From positions 31,693 through 95,692 of the forward strand of contig NW_021832840.1 of assembly GCF_006345805.1 (NCBI RefSeq): 64,000 bases of DNA. The letters are read 5' to 3'. This document shows positions 63,961-64,000 of the stretch, in pieces. Source of the stretch: Octopus sinensis (Eukaryota). The notes below the pieces were generated by a model. It was given only the letters and a program-made list of their open reading frames with translations, ran no database searches and was not told the origin of the DNA. Made by a program: the position numbers and the translations under genes. The stretch's first letter is position 1. Each line of letters starts with the position of its first letter.

Positions 63961-64000
63961 AATTTACTAGAAATTTTTAATTTTTTGAAAAATATGTGGC

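Overview
AT-rich, transposon-saturated animal genomic DNA. POU, KIF13, SH2, SLC5A7 and Rab genes support a metazoan source. Nearly all spliceosomal introns I could reconstruct are only 23-29 nt, a size known from dicyemids and similarly reduced parasites; the taxon is an inference. Apparently intact host genes: an SH2-domain gene, an unknown acidic protein, a miniaturised KIF13-like kinesin-3 with a degenerate motor, and proteasome Rpt5/PSMC3 (8 introns). Damaged or fragmentary host genes cluster at 55-60 kb: POU, SLC5A7, a Rab3-like first exon and a possible INTS3 piece. Most other sequence is nested TE debris: CRE-like RLE retroelements (about 9 copies), RTE/jockey/L2-type LINEs, Tc1, pogo, hAT (two MITEs with perfect 8-bp TSDs), a MULE, intron-containing Ginger integrases, a tRNA-derived SINE and a 20-bp minisatellite. 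The most striking item is at 48.4-50.4 kb, where a rhabdovirus-like nucleoprotein remnant is joined without a spacer to a partitivirus-like capsid ORF, between a LINE and a Ginger integrase. All homology calls are by-eye motif matches without database searches. Boundaries lacking a TIR, TSD or splice site are approximate.
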